This document shows positions 9,496 to 19,352 of a stretch of DNA of 64,000 nt, one piece after another. The notes beneath the pieces were generated by a model that saw nothing but the letters and a program-made list of their open reading frames with translations, did not search any database and was not told the DNA's origin. Source of the stretch: Candidatus Daviesbacteria bacterium (GTDB lineage: Bacteria; Patescibacteriota; Microgenomatia; Daviesbacterales; UBA10151); the NCBI GenBank assembly GCA_016184225.1, contig JACPDA010000004.1, positions 134,800 through 198,799 on the forward strand. The letters are read 5' to 3'. Each line of letters begins with the position of its first letter. Within the stretch, counting starts at the first letter, position 1. Position numbers and translations under genes: made by a program.

Positions 9496-10269
9496 ATGGA
9501 TAGATTAAGTTTACAGGCCGAAGAGAGAATACTCTTGGGTAAAAAAGTTAAGAATTTAAGAAAAGACGGTAAACTCCCCGGCCATGTTTTTGGTAAGGGG
9601 TTGGAAACCGAACATGTGTCAGTGGACGGGAAAACTTTCCTAAAAACCTTTAAAGAAGCAGGGGAGACTGGTTTAATTGATTTGAAGATTGGAACCGAAA
9701 AAGTCAAGCCGGTAATGGTTAGGGGAGTACAATATGATCCGGTTTCCGGGCAGCCTATTCATATTGATTTTTACCAGGTTAGCCTGACCCAGAAAGTTAA
9801 AGTGCCGGTGCCATTGGTTCTAATAGGTGAGCAGCCGGAATCAGTCCATCTGGGTGAAACTATAGTTTTGCAAACTTTAAACGAGGTGCAAGTTGAGGCA
9901 CTTCCAACAGATTTAGTAGAAAACATTGAAGTTGATATTAGTTCTTTGCAAAATATTGATGATGCCATCACTGTGGGCCAGTTAAGCTATGATAGAGCTA
10001 AATTAACTATTGATGCCGGCGAAGAAGATATTGTTGTAAAACTAGCTCCGGCTGTCACAGCTGAGATGGAAAAGCTTTTGGAGGAAGAAGCTGCTGAGGC
10101 TGCGGCAGCTGCTGCTGAAACTCAAGCAGGTGCGGAGAAGGCTGAAGAAGCTGCTGAAGGCGTTGAAACTGCTGAGGGTGGAGTTCCTGTTGAGGGTGAA
10201 GTCCAGGCAGAAGGCGAGCAGGCTTCGGGTGAAACAAAGCCAAGCGGAGAAGCAGCTGAGAAAGCATAA
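9496..10269 (+). CDS. rplY: 50S ribosomal protein L25/Ctc with acidic tail
   Basis: LRKDGKLPGHVFG, HIDFYQV and LP..I.VDIS motifs. Confidence 0.95.
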   Translation: MDRLSLQAEERILLGKKVKNLRKDGKLPGHVFGKGLETEHVSVDGKTFLKTFKEAGETGLIDLKIGTEKVKPVMVRGVQYDPVSGQPIHIDFYQVSLTQKVKVPVPLVLIGEQPESVHLGETIVLQTLNEVQVEALPTDLVENIEVDISSLQNIDDAITVGQLSYDRAKLTIDAGEEDIVVKLAPAVTAEMEKLLEEEAAEAAAAAAETQAGAEKAEEAAEGVETAEGGVPVEGEVQAEGEQASGETKPSGEAAEKA

Positions 10270-10281
10270 AGTAAACAAAAG

Positions 10282-10650
10282 ATGAATACAACGAAAGAGA
10301 TGATAGACTATGTAGCAGCTAGTCTTACTGGGACTGGTTTCAGTGGTGAAATTATGAATGACTGGACGCCAAACATAGTCTACGCTAGTATGGGTTTGTT
10401 TGGTCGACTTAGACCGGTTAAAAGCTATCAAGAGTATTTTTTAGGCAAAGACCCTATGTTTGAGGCTAAAGGACAATCTGAATTTTCCAGTACAGTTATG
10501 CGATTGAGTGATCCCAAGGCTGTGATTGCGTTTGATAGGTTAGTAAAAGATTTTAATAGTGCTTTACCTATGATAATAGCAGACGAAAACAATGGAGCAG
10601 TACAGTTTTTTTTAAAGAGAGCAAACAAATTGAAAGAGCAACTACCCTAG
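10282..10650 (+). CDS. Hypothetical protein
   Basis: 122-aa ORF directly downstream of rplY. Confidence 0.6.
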   Translation: MNTTKEMIDYVAASLTGTGFSGEIMNDWTPNIVYASMGLFGRLRPVKSYQEYFLGKDPMFEAKGQSEFSSTVMRLSDPKAVIAFDRLVKDFNSALPMIIADENNGAVQFFLKRANKLKEQLP

Positions 10651-10693
10651 TAATTGCTTAGTGCGGCGATTCTGCGTTAATTTTGCGGGGATT

Positions 10694-13009
10694 TTAGCCT
10701 CGACTATCTTCCGGCCATTGAGTTACCATGATCGATTTACCCTTATGAGGCAGTTTTTGCCAGAGTTCTTCTGTCAGAAATGGCATGAATGGATGCAGTA
10801 GCTCCAAAGAGGTTTTCAAAACATGCTCCAAAATCGGTTGAGTTTCAGTTCGTCTGGCTTTTGATTTTTCAATATAGACATCAGCAAATTCATGCCAGAT
10901 GAATTCATAAAGAGATTCAGTTGCCAAATGAAGCTGGAAACTTTCCAGGTTTTTAGTAACAGATTTTATCGTCTTGGTTAATTCATCCATGATCTTTTTG
11001 TCATCAGGATGAGTAGTGTCATTCTGGGGAGCGTTAGCGACTCCAGAATCTAGAGTAGGATTCTGGTCCTCGCCAGAATGACGTGTTGTGCCCTCCGGCT
11101 TGAGCTCAATTATGAATCTATAAATATTGCGCAGTTTGGTACCAAAATTACGGAAGTTTTTACACCGCTCATCCATTTGCTGCCTGGAAGTCCGTCCGTC
11201 CCGGCCGGGAATGGAATAGCCATACAGAGCCATCCTGGTAGCATCAACTCCCCACTGGGCCACCAAATCATAAGGGCTGATGCCATTACCCAAAGACTTG
11301 GAAAACTTTCTGCCCTGGATATCTCTTAGCATGCCATGGAAGAACATGTTTTTAAAGGGAATTTCATCCTTGAACCAAAGTCCCAGCATAATCATCCGGG
11401 CTATCCATAAAAACTTGATTTCCGGGGCTGAAGTTTCAAAATCCCAAGGAAAATATTTTTTAAGTTCTTTGGTTTCCTCCGGTTTATCCTGAGCGAAGTC
11501 GAAGGACCAGCCTAAAGTAGCCATCGGCCAAAGCCCGGAAGAAAACCAGGTATCCAGAACTTGTTCATCCTGCACCCAATGCTTCTCCCCGCAGGTTTGG
11601 CAGTTTTTACCAGGTTCTTCAAGGGAGATAACCATATCTTTAAGACCGTCAGGTCGCAAGCTTTGCTTATCCTTGCCTACTAAATGATTAGGATTGCACT
11701 TCTCACAGTACCAAACCGGGATCCGGTGTCCCCACCAAAGAGAACGGGAAATTGACCAGTCATGAATTTCTTTTAACCAGTTACCCAATATTTTTTGGTA
11801 ATTTTTTGGCAGAAAATTAATCCGCCTTAAGTTTTTTAAGGCTTTTTCTGCTAAAGGCGCCATTTTGACAAACCACTCCTCAGAAATCAGCGGTTCGATG
11901 GTAGTTTTGCACCTTTCACAAACAGGAACCGAATGGGTATAGTCTTCCTCTTTTTCAATGGCCCCAACGCTTTCTAACTCCTCCACGGCTTTTTGTCGCG
12001 CCTCGGCAATTTTTAAGCCTGCTAGATTTTTTGCCAGTTCAGTCATCCGGCCGGTTTTATCAATGGCATGTAAAATTGGTAGGTTGTGATCTTTCCCTAT
12101 TTCATAATCTAAGGGGTCGTGGCCAGGTGTGATCTTTAAGGCTCCGGTGCCGAAACCCTTGTCTACCCGTTTATCTTCAAAAATTGGGGTCTTATTGCCG
12201 TTTAAGGGATTAAGAGCGTTTTTACCGACAAATTGGTTAAATTTGGGATGCTTGGGGTAGACGGCAATGCCGGTATCGGCATAAATTGTCTCGGGACGGG
12301 CTGTAGCAATGGTAATAAAGTCATTTGTCATGCTGGCTTGTCCAGCATCTTTCTGAGATTCTGGAGTCGCTTCGCTCCCCAGAATGACACTTTCATTTTT
12401 GATTTGATACCTGACAAAATATAGTTTTTCTTTTCTTTCCTGGTATTCCATTTCCAAATCTTCAATGGCTGTAGCATCTTTGGGACACCATTGGACAATG
12501 TAGGCTCCTTTATACAAGAGGTCCTGATCCCAAAAAGTTTTAAACTCAGCCAGGACTGCTTTTTGAACCTGGGGGTCCAGGGTAAAAACTTCTTTTGACC
12601 AGTCAGCCGAGATGCCCATTAAGTCCCAAGTTTTATGAAAAGAGTTGTAGACTTCTTCTTTAAATTGCCAGGCGCGTTTGAGCCAATCTTCCCGCCCTAA
12701 CTTTTGTTTTGATAATCCTTCTTTTTCCAGGATTTTATTAAAAGTGCCTTCAAAGAGGATTCCGGCATGGTCCACTCCTGGTAAAAGCAGGACGTCATGC
12801 CCCTGCATCCTCTTAAATCGGGCAATGGCGTCCATAATAGAGTGTTCCATGGCATGGCCTAAATGGAGTTCCCCGTTCACATTAGGTGGAGGCATTAGCA
12901 GGGAGTAGGGCTTTTTGTCTGAGTCAGGGTTGGCAGCAAACAACCCTTCTTTTTCCCAAAACTGGTACCACTCACTTTCAGTTTCTTCCTGATTTTGAGT
13001 CTTTGCCAT
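10694..13009 (-). CDS. valS: Valine--tRNA ligase, short form lacking the C-terminal coiled coil, with four repeat-derived inserts
   Basis: PPPNVNGELHLGH, PGVDHAGI, GTGALKITPGHD, DWSISRSLWWGHRIP, DTWFSS and KFSKSLGN; start taken as ATG 13009. Confidence 0.96.
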   Translation of the reverse strand: MAKTQNQEETESEWYQFWEKEGLFAANPDSDKKPYSLLMPPPNVNGELHLGHAMEHSIMDAIARFKRMQGHDVLLLPGVDHAGILFEGTFNKILEKEGLSKQKLGREDWLKRAWQFKEEVYNSFHKTWDLMGISADWSKEVFTLDPQVQKAVLAEFKTFWDQDLLYKGAYIVQWCPKDATAIEDLEMEYQERKEKLYFVRYQIKNESVILGSEATPESQKDAGQASMTNDFITIATARPETIYADTGIAVYPKHPKFNQFVGKNALNPLNGNKTPIFEDKRVDKGFGTGALKITPGHDPLDYEIGKDHNLPILHAIDKTGRMTELAKNLAGLKIAEARQKAVEELESVGAIEKEEDYTHSVPVCERCKTTIEPLISEEWFVKMAPLAEKALKNLRRINFLPKNYQKILGNWLKEIHDWSISRSLWWGHRIPVWYCEKCNPNHLVGKDKQSLRPDGLKDMVISLEEPGKNCQTCGEKHWVQDEQVLDTWFSSGLWPMATLGWSFDFAQDKPEETKELKKYFPWDFETSAPEIKFLWIARMIMLGLWFKDEIPFKNMFFHGMLRDIQGRKFSKSLGNGISPYDLVAQWGVDATRMALYGYSIPGRDGRTSRQQMDERCKNFRNFGTKLRNIYRFIIELKPEGTTRHSGEDQNPTLDSGVANAPQNDTTHPDDKKIMDELTKTIKSVTKNLESFQLHLATESLYEFIWHEFADVYIEKSKARRTETQPILEHVLKTSLELLHPFMPFLTEELWQKLPHKGKSIMVTQWPEDSRG
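11017..11083. mobile_element. GTCAT-tagged hairpin doublet (MITE/REP-like) inserted in valS
   Basis: TGTCATTCTGGGGAGCGTTAGCGACTCCAGAATC-8nt-GATTCTGGTCCTCGCCAGAATGACG. Confidence 0.85.
12326..12389. mobile_element. GTCAT-tagged hairpin doublet inserted in valS, opposite orientation
   Basis: TGTCATGCTGGCTTGTCCAGCATC-7nt-GATTCTGGAGTCGCTTCGCTCCCCAGAATGACA; ends match the flanks of the GIY-YIG gene at 31744. Confidence 0.9.
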
Positions 13010-13019
13010 GATAGCGCCA

Positions 13020-13658
13020 TTATACTCTATCGGTAGGTGTATCCTTCTTAGATAGAGGCCCGTAGTCGGTAATACGGGATAAGTCATAGGTTGAATATAG
13101 CAGCTTGTGGTTTGGGCCTTGACGGCAAATAGTAATAGTGCCTAGTCTAGGATTTTTAGTAACCGAGACAAGTGTCTCGACTGGGCATCTGTCAATATAA
13201 TTATTAATTTTTAAGTAGAACCCGGAGCTGCCTTTTTCTTTTAGCTCCTGGGCTGTAATGACAAATAAATCTTTAGGTCGGTCTTCCGGGTGATTTAGGT
13301 AATGTTTGTCAGTTTGAATTTGGTCGAGACGAAATATTTCCGGGTAATAGCGGTCTAGCCCAGTTGTCAAGTTAGGAGGCTGTTTTGAGTGCCATTCCCG
13401 CGGGTTGATTGTGTTGTTCGTAATACTCTTTTCAGGGCGTTGAGGCTTGGGGCGCAATTCCAGATAGATAGGAGTTGTGGGATCAAATATTTCTTCCCGA
13501 AGGTCTAGGCGCTTTAGAACAACTTCCTCTTGACCATCTGCCCCGATCCTAACAGAAAACCGGGTATAAGTTCCGGGCGTTACAGGTGTTGCTTGTAAGC
13601 CTACCCACAACCTTCTATTGTAGTCTAGCGGCCGTTCATCTCCCATTTCTATATTCAT
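13020..13658 (-). CDS. Hypothetical protein
   Basis: ~212-aa ORF between tsaD and valS; no motif recognised. Confidence 0.55.
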   Translation of the reverse strand: MNIEMGDERPLDYNRRLWVGLQATPVTPGTYTRFSVRIGADGQEEVVLKRLDLREEIFDPTTPIYLELRPKPQRPEKSITNNTINPREWHSKQPPNLTTGLDRYYPEIFRLDQIQTDKHYLNHPEDRPKDLFVITAQELKEKGSSGFYLKINNYIDRCPVETLVSVTKNPRLGTITICRQGPNHKLLYSTYDLSRITDYGPLSKKDTPTDRV

Positions 13659-13661
13659 AAT

Positions 13662-13690
13662 AAACAAAAGTAGCCTCAATGGAGGCTACG
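13662..13690 (-). terminator. Probable intrinsic terminator after tsaD
   Basis: Minus strand reads GTAGCCTC-CATT-GAGGCTAC followed by TTTTGTTT. Confidence 0.5.
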
Positions 13691-13723
13691 ATGGGGAAAT
13701 TTTAGGATGGTTTAGAGGGATTG

Positions 13724-14818
13724 TCAATAGGCCAGTGAAAGGTTGGGGTCAGCCTGGAAGGTTAAAGGATTAACTGGGTTGTAGTTAAATATGGCGGCAG
13801 TAGCAATCATGGCAGCATTGTCAGTACATAAATTTGCACTGGGAATGCGCAAGTTAATCGTTAATCGTTTAAGATCGTCAGATTGCAAGCTCTGCTTATC
13901 GTTTATCGTTTTTTTAAACTCAGAAACAAGTTTTTGGTTGGCAGCCACACCGCCGGCTACTATAATTTGCTTAATTTTATACTTTTGGACAGCTTGAATA
14001 GTTTTGGCAACTAATACATCAACAATAGCTTGTTCAATGGCAGCAGCTAAATCGCATTTCACCTTCGAGGTGTAGCTTCTTTTTTTCACCTCGAAGGTGT
14101 GGATTAAGTTTGCTACTGCTGTTTTTAAACCGGAAAAGGAAAAGTCAAAGTCTTTGGAGTTGATCATGGGTCTAGGCAGATCAAACTTTGAGGCGTCTCC
14201 ACGTGTGGCTAACTTAGCAATCTCCGAGCCTCCGGGGTAAGGTAGGCCTAAAAGTCTGGCACATTTGTCAAAACATTCCCCGGCTGCATCATCTCTGGTG
14301 CCACCCAGATATTCATACTTACCATGGTTTTTAAAAAGTACAAGATCAGTATGGCCACCGGAAACCAGCAGGCCCAGGCAGGGGAATTTTGGAATTACAC
14401 CTTCCAGGTGGTGTTGCGCCTGCGGCACACCTGGAAGGTGATCTGTAATCCAATTAGCGTAAAAGTGTCCGATCAGGTGGTTAATGGGAATTAGAGGCTT
14501 ACTCCAGATTGTAGCCAGAACTTTGGCAGTTTCAACTCCAACTAAGAGGGAGCCGATTAATCCCGGTCCATAAGTTACAGCGATGGCGTCGATATCCTGT
14601 TGCCTGTGGCCTGAAGCCTGCAAACTTTCTTCTATTACCGGAATAATAGCTTTAATTTGTTCCCGGGCAGCCTGTTCAGGAATGACGCCGCCATATTTAG
14701 CCTGTAAGCTAGCCGAGGATGCTACCACATTGGACAAAATCCTTACTCCGCTTTCGGTCTTTTGTACTACTGCAGCTGCTGTTTCATCACAAGAAGTTTC
14801 TATCCCAAGTATTATCAT
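13724..14818 (-). CDS. tsaD: tRNA N6-threonylcarbamoyltransferase TsaD
   Basis: ILGIETSCDETAAA, GPGLIGSL, HLIGH, VSGGHT, DDAAGECFDK, FSFSGLKT and CTDNAAMI. Confidence 0.97.
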   Translation of the reverse strand: MIILGIETSCDETAAAVVQKTESGVRILSNVVASSASLQAKYGGVIPEQAAREQIKAIIPVIEESLQASGHRQQDIDAIAVTYGPGLIGSLLVGVETAKVLATIWSKPLIPINHLIGHFYANWITDHLPGVPQAQHHLEGVIPKFPCLGLLVSGGHTDLVLFKNHGKYEYLGGTRDDAAGECFDKCARLLGLPYPGGSEIAKLATRGDASKFDLPRPMINSKDFDFSFSGLKTAVANLIHTFEVKKRSYTSKVKCDLAAAIEQAIVDVLVAKTIQAVQKYKIKQIIVAGGVAANQKLVSEFKKTINDKQSLQSDDLKRLTINLRIPSANLCTDNAAMIATAAIFNYNPVNPLTFQADPNLSLAY

Positions 14819-15216
14819 TTGGTTATTTTAACAGAGTGTTCTTTTAACCATTTGGAGATCTGTTCAATAGTTAAATTTCCGTTATCTACCCTAATTGCAA
14901 ATTCCACCTCTTTTGTATGATTGTTGGTTAATCTGTATCCATTTTTCCATAGGAATAAACCTGCAGAGGTTAAAGCAGTGCGTTTGTTCCCATCCACAAA
15001 GGGATGGTTTTTCAAAAGAGACTGAAGTAATGCCGCAGCTTTATCAAAGATTGAAAAATAGAGATACTCACCACCAAAAGTTGCCTGGGGTCTGGCTACG
15101 GCAGATTCCACCAAGCCTAAATCTCGTACACCAAAAGAGCCGTCATATCTTTTGACTGCTCTATCATGAATGAATAATACCTGTTGGGTTGTGAGGAAGA
15201 TAATTTTAATTTTCAC
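14815..15216 (-). CDS. Doc/Fic family toxin
   Basis: HPFVDGNKRTA motif; GVRDLGLVESA. Confidence 0.92.
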   Translation of the reverse strand: MKIKIIFLTTQQVLFIHDRAVKRYDGSFGVRDLGLVESAVARPQATFGGEYLYFSIFDKAAALLQSLLKNHPFVDGNKRTALTSAGLFLWKNGYRLTNNHTKEVEFAIRVDNGNLTIEQISKWLKEHSVKITK

Positions 15217-15449
15217 CTATGGGAGAGTTCTTGTAGCACATCTTCATGTTCATTCATAAACTCTTCCACCATTTTGGCGAATTTTTGATCTATACCACTC
15301 AGCTGAATTCTTTTAACCGGTTTGAGTAACAAACCTTCCTTAGTTTCTTTCCACTCCACTTTTGAACCATCTCTAATAGAGAGTTGATGAGCATATGTTT
15401 TTGGGACTGTGACAGCTAAAGAATTGCCGTTTTTAAATACTTTTCTCAT
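15213..15449 (-). CDS. AbrB/MazE-type antitoxin
   Basis: RKVFKNGNSLAVTVPK; C-terminal EDVLQELS; overlaps the doc start. Confidence 0.88.
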   Translation of the reverse strand: MRKVFKNGNSLAVTVPKTYAHQLSIRDGSKVEWKETKEGLLLKPVKRIQLSGIDQKFAKMVEEFMNEHEDVLQELSHR

Positions 15450-15470
15450 GGTTCGACTTCGCTCACCATT

Positions 15471-15504
15471 ATTATACCATAATTGTACTGACAATGTACT
15501 GACA
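15471..15504 (-). promoter_or_regulatory. Extended -10 promoter and tandem operator-like repeats of the TA operon
   Basis: Minus-strand TGGTATAAT (15471-15479); TGTACTGACA twice at 15484-15493 and 15495-15504. Confidence 0.55.
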
Positions 15505-15528
15505 TAATTAACATGGTACAATCAGTAT

Positions 15529-16380
15529 ATGATCCCGAAGCAAAAACATGAGTTTATTAAAGACGCCTTGTGGATTTCATATACGGCTTTGAAGGATTTT
15601 ACCCGCTGCCCCAGAAGTTATTATTTGAAAAATAGGTACAGAGATCCTAAGACTGGTAATAGATTGCAGGTAGCATCAGCCCCGATGACTTTAGGCTCCC
15701 TGGTTCATGATGCCATTAAGTGGTATTTACTAACTGGTAGGGTGGCTGGTAAAGATGCTGTAGTTGCTCAATATAAAAACCACTGGTTAAAATACCGGGG
15801 CAAACGGGGTGGTTTCACCTCTACCAAAGAAGAAGCGGAATTTGGCAAACGGGGACTGGCTATGCTGGATAATTTTATGAAGAATGTTGGTAGCTTAGAG
15901 CCGCATGTGCCTCTGTTTGATTTTCTTAAGTTTAGGTTGGATGAAAAAATTATCCTAAACGGCCGGGTGGATTTTGTAGGACAGCTGCCAGATGGCAGCT
16001 TACATATACTGGATTTTAAAACCGGATCAAAAGAGGAGGAAGACTCTACCCAGCTTCACACTTATGCCATTTTGGCAGAGTCGCATTTACAAAAACCAGT
16101 TTCCCGGATCAGTTATTGGTATTTGGACCGGGAATCTGTTCCAAAAGAGGCAGTGCTGGATTCCTTGGAAGAAAAACTGACGTGGTTGCGGGATAAGGCT
16201 TTGCAGATTAAAAGGGCGATTGATGAGAATAATTGGGTTTGTATTGAGGGAGGTCCGCCAGCTGGCGGATTATGCAATGATTGCAGGAGCTACCAGGCGA
16301 TTATTGATGGTAAGGGTGAGTTCCAATTTTCCGATGAAGCTTTTAAAAAGGATGTATACTTTTTGGATAAATTGAAATAA
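15529..16380 (+). CDS. PD-(D/E)XK nuclease (RecB/AddB/Cas4-like), probably Fe-S binding
   Basis: SYT.L..F..CP, GSLVH, GRVD, ILDFKTG and QL..YA motifs; C-terminal C..C..C. Confidence 0.85.
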   Translation: MIPKQKHEFIKDALWISYTALKDFTRCPRSYYLKNRYRDPKTGNRLQVASAPMTLGSLVHDAIKWYLLTGRVAGKDAVVAQYKNHWLKYRGKRGGFTSTKEEAEFGKRGLAMLDNFMKNVGSLEPHVPLFDFLKFRLDEKIILNGRVDFVGQLPDGSLHILDFKTGSKEEEDSTQLHTYAILAESHLQKPVSRISYWYLDRESVPKEAVLDSLEEKLTWLRDKALQIKRAIDENNWVCIEGGPPAGGLCNDCRSYQAIIDGKGEFQFSDEAFKKDVYFLDKLK

Positions 16381-16415
16381 TTGGCTGTAATATCTTATAC
16401 TCTCTAGATTGAGTT

Positions 16416-17252
16416 ATGGAAGAAAGAAGAGCAGGTTTAGTAAACGGGGTTCGGCGTCTGGTTTTTCCTGGAGAGCCAAAAAAGACAGGGGAAACAAAAG
16501 AGGGAAAACCAAAAGAGTTAAGCATAATGTTCCATCTCCACTTGGGTAGACCTGATCAGCTTGATCCTGGTTTGTTGTCTCTGAGAAAGACGAGAGAGGT
16601 TAATGATATATTTAGGGAAGTGACTGGCTCTTCTCTTGCTGATTCGAGTCGGGAATATTATCACTTAGATAAAGCTGATGAGTTAGTGTTATGGAGGGTA
16701 GGAAGGTTGGCTGGTAATTATATCCGGTTACAGCCTCTTCTGGAAGCAGGTTGTCAGCTAAGGGCGGTAGGAAGCGGTGATTCTGCTATATGCAGCGCTT
16801 TAGCTGCCGAAGCAATAAGTTTGAGAACTGCTTTAACTTTGGAGGTAAAACAGTCGAAGTTAATAGCCATTGCACAAGGTGTACACAGCGGATGGTTGTT
16901 TAGAAACCGTCAATTTCCGTTTCGCACATCTAAGATGGAACCTTATTTAGATGAGTTGAAGGGAGCTGTGGCTGAAACAGATATTCAGGAACCTAAGGTT
17001 AAGATAGTAGGAGATAAGGGTCAAATAATCACCACCGCAGCAGGGATTAGCCAGGAGATTATGCGGCAGCCAGTAGAGCCAAGCAATGAGGAGACGGTCA
17101 GGAGGGTACTGAGGCGGTTAGCTCCTCCTGTGCAAGAGATTGGATTAGATGAGGTGGATAATACCAAGAAGTATCTAACTATAGGGACGATTGTAGCGGG
17201 AGGAATTATTTTGACTAAGATCGTTCACGATAAGCGCCAAAAACCTAAATAA
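16416..17252 (+). CDS. Hypothetical protein with C-terminal membrane anchor
   Basis: 278-aa ORF with a hydrophobic C-terminal segment. Confidence 0.6.
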   Translation: MEERRAGLVNGVRRLVFPGEPKKTGETKEGKPKELSIMFHLHLGRPDQLDPGLLSLRKTREVNDIFREVTGSSLADSSREYYHLDKADELVLWRVGRLAGNYIRLQPLLEAGCQLRAVGSGDSAICSALAAEAISLRTALTLEVKQSKLIAIAQGVHSGWLFRNRQFPFRTSKMEPYLDELKGAVAETDIQEPKVKIVGDKGQIITTAAGISQEIMRQPVEPSNEETVRRVLRRLAPPVQEIGLDEVDNTKKYLTIGTIVAGGIILTKIVHDKRQKPK

Positions 17253-17805
17253 GCTTGATTTCTGCTAAGGTGTTATGGGTATGAAGGCCATTTTCAGGGG
17301 TTGATTCAAAAAGTTTGATGGAGGTAATTTGTACGGGAGTAAAAGGGGCGGACATAATCCTTTCAAAGCTTACCTCTAAGCTGTGACTAATTTTAAATAG
17401 TCTATTCAGTTTAGCCAGAGAAATGTGGGGGACAAAACGTCTTTCATCTACCGGTAGGTGCAAAGTCTCCAGTCCGTCTTTAATCCTTTCCCGGATCAGG
17501 TGGATTTTATCAATGTCTCCTTTGACTCCTACCCATAGAATTTGTGGGTGATGGATCTCCGGAAATCCGTCAAGATAGGCGGGGGTGACCTGGAATGCCG
17601 GTATTCCCTGGGCTGCATCTGTGATGACTTTAATTAGATCCCCCTTTAGCTCCTCCGGCTGCTCGCCAATAAAGGCTAAAGTCAGGTGAATTTTGTCCAA
17701 ATCAGTTAATCTGGCTTGAGGAATTAATGTATGCAGACTATGTTGAATAGATTGAAAGGCCGGTAAATTCTCCTTCGGTATTTCTAAAGCTATGAAAAAC
17801 CTCAT
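17245..17805 (-). CDS. thpR: RNA 2',3'-cyclic phosphodiesterase (2H family)
   Basis: MRFFIAL, HLTLAF and FVPHISLA motifs. Confidence 0.9.
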   Translation of the reverse strand: MRFFIALEIPKENLPAFQSIQHSLHTLIPQARLTDLDKIHLTLAFIGEQPEELKGDLIKVITDAAQGIPAFQVTPAYLDGFPEIHHPQILWVGVKGDIDKIHLIRERIKDGLETLHLPVDERRFVPHISLAKLNRLFKISHSLEVSFERIMSAPFTPVQITSIKLFESTPENGLHTHNTLAEIKLI

Positions 17806-17868
17806 ATTTCTCTAATTGACAAATGTTATAAGATTTGTCACATTGAAAGTATAGCATAAGGTTAAATT

Positions 17869-18078
17869 ATGATAGAGCGTTGGAAACCGGTAGATTGTGA
17901 GCAATGCGATTTGAAGAGTTCAATTAAGCACGATGATGGTAAGATATTTTGTTTAGTGACTGGTGGTTTGATAGGAGTGAGTCCCTGTATAATTGAAGGT
18001 CCTTTTATGCGCATACCCAAAACTCTTCTTAGACGGGAAGAGCGGGTAAATGCAGTAGGGAATTTGGTAGGGGTTTGA
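17869..18078 (+). CDS. Small Cys-rich hypothetical protein
   Basis: 69 aa with CxxC...C...C. Confidence 0.5.
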   Translation: MIERWKPVDCEQCDLKSSIKHDDGKIFCLVTGGLIGVSPCIIEGPFMRIPKTLLRREERVNAVGNLVGV

Positions 18079-18085
18079 CAGCTGT

Positions 18086-19345
18086 TTAGGTCCCCTCAGT
18101 CCAGGAGGCTAAGTATTTTTTCTGTTCTTCGGTTAAGGTGTCAATGGAAATACCCAAAGATTTAAGTTTTAGCTCGGCAATCATGTCATCTAACTCTTTT
18201 GGCACAGTATAAACATCTGTTTTTAGTTTGCCGCGGTTTTTAACCAAAAATTCAGCTGCTAGCGCCTGGTTGGCAAAGGACATATCCATCACATCAGGCG
18301 GATGGCCTTCAGCTGAGGCCAAATTAATTAACCTGCCTTCCCCTAGCACAAAGATTTTTTTACCGTCCTCGATAGTCACTTCTTCCAAATTATCCCGCAG
18401 CAGCCTTCTGTTTTTGGCAATTTTAAGCAGGCCCTCATAATCAAACTCAACGTTGAAATGTCCGGTATTGGCTACAATGGCGCCGTCTTTCATTTTTTTA
18501 AAATGTTCTACCGAGAGGACGGTCTTATTGCCGGTGGCAGTGCAGATAATGTCTGCAATTTTGATTGCCTCACCGATTGGCATCACATCATATCCATCCA
18601 TAGTGGCTTCCAAAGCTTTTAAGGGATCAACCTCGGTGATTATTACCAAAGATCCCATGCCTCTGGCCCGAGCTGCCAATCCTCTGCCGCACCAGCCATA
18701 ACCTACCACCACAAACTTTTTGCCGGCCAAAAGCACATTAGTGGCCCTGATGATGCCGTCAATGGTGGACTGTCCTGTGCCATAGCGGTTGTCAAACATA
18801 TGTTTGGTGTTGCTGTCATTGACTGCCATGACAGGAATCTTGAGTGTTCCGTCTTTTAGCATAGCCCGCAGTCTAATGACGCCGGTGGTGGTTTCCTCAG
18901 AGGAGCCGATCACGTCTTTGAGTTGGGATTTTCGCTCAGTATGGAGCAAAGTTACCAGATCTGCTCCGTCATCCATGGTGATTTGGGGGTTAAAATCTAA
19001 GACTTCGTTTAGGTGTTTATAATAAGTATCTTTGTCCTCGCCTTTAATGGCAAAAGTGGGAATGCCATAGTCTTCTACCAAAGAGGCAGCCACTTCATCT
19101 TGAGTAGACAAGGGATTTGAGGCACAAAGGGCTAAATTTGCTCCGCCTTCTTTTAGGGCGATCATTAAGTTGGCAGTTTCAGATGTGACATGCAAACAAG
19201 CTCCCAGAGTTACTCCTGCCAGGGGTTTTTCTATGGTAAAACGCCTTTTGATCAGCTCCAGAACTTTCATTTGGGAACCGGCCCACTCGATACGCAGTTT
19301 TCCTTTGGCAGCCAGTTTTAAATCTTTAACATCATGTTTGGTCAT
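18086..19345 (-). CDS. ahcY: Adenosylhomocysteinase
   Basis: [50 protein letters not shown] and GRLINL. Confidence 0.97.
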   Translation of the reverse strand: MTKHDVKDLKLAAKGKLRIEWAGSQMKVLELIKRRFTIEKPLAGVTLGACLHVTSETANLMIALKEGGANLALCASNPLSTQDEVAASLVEDYGIPTFAIKGEDKDTYYKHLNEVLDFNPQITMDDGADLVTLLHTERKSQLKDVIGSSEETTTGVIRLRAMLKDGTLKIPVMAVNDSNTKHMFDNRYGTGQSTIDGIIRATNVLLAGKKFVVVGYGWCGRGLAARARGMGSLVIITEVDPLKALEATMDGYDVMPIGEAIKIADIICTATGNKTVLSVEHFKKMKDGAIVANTGHFNVEFDYEGLLKIAKNRRLLRDNLEEVTIEDGKKIFVLGEGRLINLASAEGHPPDVMDMSFANQALAAEFLVKNRGKLKTDVYTVPKELDDMIAELKLKSLGISIDTLTEEQKKYLASWTEGT

Positions 19346-19352
19346 AGTAGTT

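Noticed and set aside
10080-10266. GCTGA(A/G)-rich repeats at the end of rplY
   Set aside because: Codon repetition of the usual Ala/Glu-rich L25 tail.
15529-16380. Cas4-like nuclease suggesting a CRISPR-Cas locus
   Set aside because: No repeat-spacer array or other cas genes in the window; solo PD-(D/E)XK nucleases are common.
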